A stretch of 58,863 nt of DNA, filler included, from Malassezia furfur (Eukaryota), in assembly GCA_052055015.1 (NCBI GenBank). It is 2 parts of 2 records of this genome, joined end to end, with 100 filler letters (N's around TTAATTAATTAA, not from the genome) between each part and the next. Parts side by side here need not be neighbours in the genome. Positions count along the whole stretch, not along the records: positions 29,490 to 58,863 come from JBQJIT010000105.1; 1 more part is not named here. One strand, written 5' to 3'. Positions 54,402 through 58,863 of the stretch are shown piece by piece. The notes below the pieces were generated by a model. That model was not told where the DNA came from. It searched no databases and saw only the letters and a program-made list of their open reading frames with translations. The position numbers and the translations under genes were made by a program. Position 1 is the stretch's first letter. Every line of letters begins with the position of its first letter.

Positions 54402-56909
54402 TCAAGACGATGGCGACGATGCAGGGGCATCCGTCGAGGCGGCAGGAGGGTCCGTTGCGGAAGGTTCCGAGGCGGCGGGCTCCTTTGCAGGGTCTTTCTC
54501 CGCGGCAGCGTCGTTCGCGGGCTCCTCGCCCTGACGCATCTCCGCCGAGGCGTCCTTCGCGGCGGTCTCCGCACCCTTGGAGGCTTCTGCCTGTGGGTGC
54601 TCCGCGATGGATTCTTCGCCCTTTGGCGCCTCAGCGGAGGCGTCCTTCGCCGCGTTCTCGTTCGTCCCGGCCCCAGATGCATCCGCAGGCGGTGCGGCGC
54701 CGTCTTTGGACACGGATTTGAACACATGCCGCTGAACAATGCCCTCGCAGTGCGCCAGCTCGTCCATGAGCTCCTGCTGCACCTGCTGAAACGTGTGCAC
54801 ATACTCAGCGAGCGCCGCACGCAGGTCCGCGACCTTTTCGCGCTCGAACCGCTGCATCTCCTTCTTGCACAGCGCCGAGACATCCTCAAAGCGGTTCTGC
54901 AGCGCGGCACTCACAAGCTCGGCATTCGACACCGCGCGCATCTGCGCATCGATGTGCCCATTCGCCGTGCGCTTGTGCCGCGTCTTGAGCTTGGCGAGGT
55001 CGTCGTCGGCGCGCTGCCACGCATTCCACACGTCGATGCGCGTCGCAAACGCCTTGCGGACGCTGCCGATCAACCGCTCATACTCGTAAAATACAAGCTG
55101 GAGGACGTGCGACTCGTGCGACGCCAGCCGCATCGACGCCTCCGCACTGCGCTTCTTGAGCTCCGCAAGCGCACCAAAGCACGTCGACACGCTGCGCGAC
55201 AAGGCGCCGCCGGACAGCGTGACGAGGTGCTTGTACAGCACGGTTTGCGCCTCCGCAAGTTCTTGGCGCCGCTGAACGAGTGTGTGGATCGCCGCGACAA
55301 TGTCACGCAGGCGCGCCTCAAGCTGCGCGAGGTACTCGAGCTGCTGGTTGAACCACTCGTCCGTCTCGCGGAAGCGCACGTTGTACAGCGACTGGCTCCA
55401 CCCCAGGTACGTCTTTTGCTCGGGCGTCACGACTGCACCCTTGACCGCGTCGCGCGCCTTGATGTCGACCGCGAGGTGCGTGCTCTTGAGGAAGAGCACG
55501 AGGTCTTCGTCCTTCTGCAGCAGGGGATGCTCGAGCATCTTTTGCAGCGCCTGCTCCAACGCACGCTGGCGGAACTCGACGAGGTCGGGCTTCATGTTGT
55601 TCAGCTTGACCTTTTCGGGGATCGGCGGCACCACCACACCGGGGTGGTTGTGTACGAGCGCCGCATGCAGCCAGCGGAACTCGCTGTAGCGCCGCAGCGC
55701 CGACCATTCGGCCGGGCCGCCAAGCCACGCCGCATCGGTGGCCACACGCACCGTGTACACCACGTGGGACGAGACACGGTCGCTGATCCGCTGCGGATTG
55801 CACACGCGCACGGAAAACGTCGCACTCAGCGCAGTGTCATCGCGCGGTGGCGCAGCGGCGAGAGGGGTATCGGTCGGCGAGCGAACGCCGTAGCGCGCCT
55901 CGTCATCGTCCGACGCAGCAGCCGGCGCGTCCGGAGCGGGTTTGTCCTTCGGCGCATCGGCCGGCGCATCGTTCACGTCCTTTGGCGGCGGAGGAGGGCC
56001 GCGGCGCACTAGGTACTCCCGCCACCACGTCGCAAATGCGACGCACTCCATCGGCAGGCCGAGCGCCGCCGAAGCCTGGGTATCGAGCTGGCAGTTGCCA
56101 GGCCGCTGCGTCGTGGCATTGGGGTCCGGTGTCCGCTCGGGTACGAAGTGGTCCGTCGCGATCTTGGTGCCGCACGCCGCTTCCCACGCCGCAGCCATCG
56201 CAAGGCACATGTCGTACTTGGTCATGGGCTCGGCCGCGGAGAAGTGCAGGATCGGCGGGAGCGGCCCCTTATCGTAGGCACACACGGCCAGCAAGAACTG
56301 CGCAACATCGGACACGTTCGTAGGGAACCGCACGCCATGGGCGTCCATCTTGGCCGGCGTCGTCTTCAGCAGGGCGCCCAGCAGCACATTCACGGCCGAC
56401 TCGCCGTCGTATTCCGTGTCGCCGTAGAGCACCGGCACGCGCACGCATGTCGCCTGCCCCGGCTTAGCCGCGGCCGCGATCGCACGCTCCGCATCGAGCT
56501 TGCTCTGCCCATACGCATTGAGGGGGTGCGGTGCGTCGTCTGGGCGGTAGGGCGGGTGGGCCCCGTCGAAGACGTAGTCGGTCGAGAGGTGCACGAGGCG
56601 CGCGGGCCGCTCGAGCGCCGCACATGCTGCCACCAGCTGTGCCGGCACATTGACATTGAGGCGGCGCGCCTCATCCGGGTGTGCCTCCATCGCATCTGGC
56701 CGGCGCTCGGCGGCGGTGTGGATCACCGCGTCCGGCTGGACGTCGGCGAGCAGTGCACGCACCGCGTCGGCGTCACACAGGTCGAGCTTGCGTAGCGCTC
56801 CGTGCGCACGCGAGTGTGCGATGCCGACCACGTCGTCGCCGCGTGCCTGCGCGGCCGCGACGACGGCGCGGCCCAGGAGCCCCGAGGCGCCCGTGACCAG
56901 CACACGCAT
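54402..56909 (-). CDS. Fusion of RmlD/MAT2B-like NAD(P)-binding domain with PX-BAR sorting nexin (Vps5/SNX1-like)
   Basis: VLVTGASGLLG, HTAAERRPD, STDYVFDG, YGQSK, RVPVLYG, then in the same frame PX (HVVYTV, RRYSEFRWLH, PGVVVPPIPEK) and BAR (FRETDEWF, EYERLIGSVRKAF, CKKEMQRFEREKVADLR). Confidence 0.85.
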   Translation of the reverse strand: MRVLVTGASGLLGRAVVAAAQARGDDVVGIAHSRAHGALRKLDLCDADAVRALLADVQPDAVIHTAAERRPDAMEAHPDEARRLNVNVPAQLVAACAALERPARLVHLSTDYVFDGAHPPYRPDDAPHPLNAYGQSKLDAERAIAAAAKPGQATCVRVPVLYGDTEYDGESAVNVLLGALLKTTPAKMDAHGVRFPTNVSDVAQFLLAVCAYDKGPLPPILHFSAAEPMTKYDMCLAMAAAWEAACGTKIATDHFVPERTPDPNATTQRPGNCQLDTQASAALGLPMECVAFATWWREYLVRRGPPPPPKDVNDAPADAPKDKPAPDAPAAASDDDEARYGVRSPTDTPLAAAPPRDDTALSATFSVRVCNPQRISDRVSSHVVYTVRVATDAAWLGGPAEWSALRRYSEFRWLHAALVHNHPGVVVPPIPEKVKLNNMKPDLVEFRQRALEQALQKMLEHPLLQKDEDLVLFLKSTHLAVDIKARDAVKGAVVTPEQKTYLGWSQSLYNVRFRETDEWFNQQLEYLAQLEARLRDIVAAIHTLVQRRQELAEAQTVLYKHLVTLSGGALSRSVSTCFGALAELKKRSAEASMRLASHESHVLQLVFYEYERLIGSVRKAFATRIDVWNAWQRADDDLAKLKTRHKRTANGHIDAQMRAVSNAELVSAALQNRFEDVSALCKKEMQRFEREKVADLRAALAEYVHTFQQVQQELMDELAHCEGIVQRHVFKSVSKDGAAPPADASGAGTNENAAKDASAEAPKGEESIAEHPQAEASKGAETAAKDASAEMRQGEEPANDAAAEKDPAKEPAASEPSATDPPAASTDAPASSPSS

Positions 56910-56968
56910 GGAGGCGGAAACGGAAGACCCACGTGACGCCCCGCGCGCGCGTCGCGGTGGAGGGCGTC

Positions 56969-58863
56969 ATGATCGCCGAGGCGTGGGCGGCCGCCGAGCG
57001 CGCCGAGCGCGCCGACGGCGTGGGCGAGGTGCGTGAGAAGCTCACACAGGCATGGGCGTATGTGGAGCGTACGTTTGATCCGAGCGCACCGGCGCCCGCG
57101 GACGTGCGCGAGAGCGGTACGTGGTCCGACTCACACAGCGCCGGTGCAGCAGGCCTTGAATCAGGTGCACGCGCGCCTAGACGGTCTCGACGCGTGGTAC
57201 CTCGATGCGTGCGACCGTGTGTTTGCGCGCTTCTGCCACGTCACACTTGCGCCGCTGCACGATGCGGGCGCGCACAACGCCGTCCCTGGCGCCATCGACG
57301 CGTGTTATAATTGGGTGTGCACGCGGCATGCGCTGCTCGGCACCGACCGTGGCGCGCTGGGCGTGCCCGGCACGAGCGCTGCCTTCCTGATGCAGTGCCA
57401 GACGCACTTTACCCTCGCGATGCGCCCCGCGGCGCTCGAGACGCTCGCGGCCTACTTTGCGCACGGACTGTCCAGTGCACACAATCACATTGTCGCCGAC
57501 GCCGAGTGTATCCAGGTGGCCGCGCAGCTGCGTGCGCTCGGCCTCGCGACCTACGTACAGGGCGTGCTCACCACCACCGCAACACAGCTCCTCGAGGCCG
57601 CCGTGCGCCGCGAGACGCACGGCGCGACCGTACATGCGCTGGAGCACGCGGCATTCCCGCGGATGCACGACCTGCTCCAGACGCAGCTCGTGCCGGCGCT
57701 CGAGGCGCTGCTCGAAGCGCGCCCCGGCGGCGTGCACCTGCTGGACGAGCCGCTGCGCGACGCGTGGGACACGAGTGTATCCCACGTGCACGACGATGCG
57801 CTGCATGCGAACCCCGAGCAGGCGTCGCTGTACCTGCGCCTCGAGTACCGACTGTCGCGCGCGCTGGGACATGCACGGTACGTGCGCCCACTGACGCAGC
57901 CTGGCACAGCTGTTCGACATTGTCGGCACCTACCCACGGAGCCGTGCGGCGCTGAGCGATCTGATGGTACGCCGCAGCACTGACGCAGGTATGGCTCGAA
58001 AAGTCGGACGAGCGCGTAGCGGTCGCCGAGGCGTTCCTGGCAACGCTGCATGCGCGCCTACTGCACCCCGGCGTGGACACGCATGCGATCCTCGTGTACT
58101 ACGTCAACATTGTGTACGCGCTGCGGCTCGTCGATACCTCTGGCGTGATCCTGTCCAAGGTGCTGCCGCCCGTGCAGCGCTACCTGCGCACACGCCCCGA
58201 CATCATTCCCGCGGTCGTCAATGCGCTGCTCGGTGACGACGATGCGTTCGCGCTGCTGCGCATGGAACTGGCGAGTGCAAGTGCCTCGCTGAGCCGCAGC
58301 GCGCGGCTGCAGGAGGACGACGCGGCGCAGGCGCGGCCCGAGTACTGGATGGACCCGACGTGGACGCCGCGGCCCGTCGACGCGGGCCCCGAGTACAGCC
58401 AGATGCGCACGCGCGACGTGATTGACTTGCTGGTGTCCATCTTTGACGACCACAACGGGTTCATCCACGCGCTCGAGGAGCACACCGCGCAGCAGCTCGT
58501 GCGCACGCAGGACTACGATACGACGCGCGTGGTACGTGTGCACGCTGACGCAGCAACGCAACAACGACATCTTCAAGCGGCGCTTTGGCGAGAGCAGTCT
58601 GCACCACTGCGACGTGATGCTCGCCGACATTGCCGCGTCGCAGACGAGCGACGCATCCTTCCACACGGCGCGCGACGCGGCGCTGCGCACCACATCCGCG
58701 CCCGCCGTGCACGCGCTCGTCATCTCGCGCCAGTTCTGGCCAGAGATTGACACGCGCACGTTTACGCTGCCGCGGCGCATGTCTGAGGCGCTCGAGGCGT
58801 ACGCAGCGCACTATGCCGCGGCGCAGCGCAAGCGGCGCGTCAAGTGGCTGCCGTACCTCGGCA
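56969..58863 (+). CDS. APC2: Anaphase-promoting complex cullin subunit Apc2, 3' end outside window, spliced
   Basis: LFDIVGTYPRS, RLLHPGVDTHAIL, VQRYLRTRPD, WTPRPVDAGPEY, FKRRFGESSLHHCDVMLADI, VISRQFWP. Confidence 0.88.

Noticed and set aside
54151..54405. 84-aa minus-strand ORF downstream of the fusion gene
   Set aside because: Non-ATG start overlapping the stop codon. The region is better explained by the intron and snoRNA.
1..58863. CRISPR arrays, transposons, prophage or bacterial operons
   Set aside because: No regularly spaced repeats, transposase/RT/integrase motifs or terminal repeats were seen. The sequence is spliced eukaryotic DNA.

Overview
Eukaryotic (fungal) DNA, most likely a Malassezia-type basidiomycete yeast (inferred from extreme gene density, mostly high GC, 21-35 nt GT-AG introns and an Ustilago-type Ubc2 adaptor). 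About 29 protein-coding genes, mostly housekeeping: Ubc2/Ste50, YTP1, MIA40, PEX7, a PHO84-like transporter, LYS12, CDT1, Ric8-like, MED13-like, UBA1, UNC-45/She4, SRR1, an EamA transporter, TRM2, a CofD/UPF0052 protein, PUB1-like, dynactin p24-like, PSF2, TVP38, a heme lyase, RPC82, HSF1, TBP, OXA1, vezatin-like, RSC9 and APC2. A 100-nt artificial scaffold linker lies at 29390-29489. Features the ORF track does not explain: (1) a ~310-nt rod-folding Pol III-type ncRNA between PEX7 and the phosphate transporter, best read as a non-canonical basidiomycete SRP RNA; (2) an snR58/SNORD104-like box C/D snoRNA inside an apparent 3'-UTR intron; (3) a single-ORF fusion of an RmlD/MAT2B-like reductase with a Vps5 PX-BAR sorting nexin; (4) a kinesin-3 tail gene with no motor domain; (5) a secreted His/Ser-rich protein with repeated Kex2-type sites; (6) an OXA1 with a long internally duplicated LEA-like insert; (7) introns as short as 21 nt with 12-23 nt micro-exons; and (8) a broad low-GC domain. 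All family calls come from motif recognition by eye; no database searches were run.
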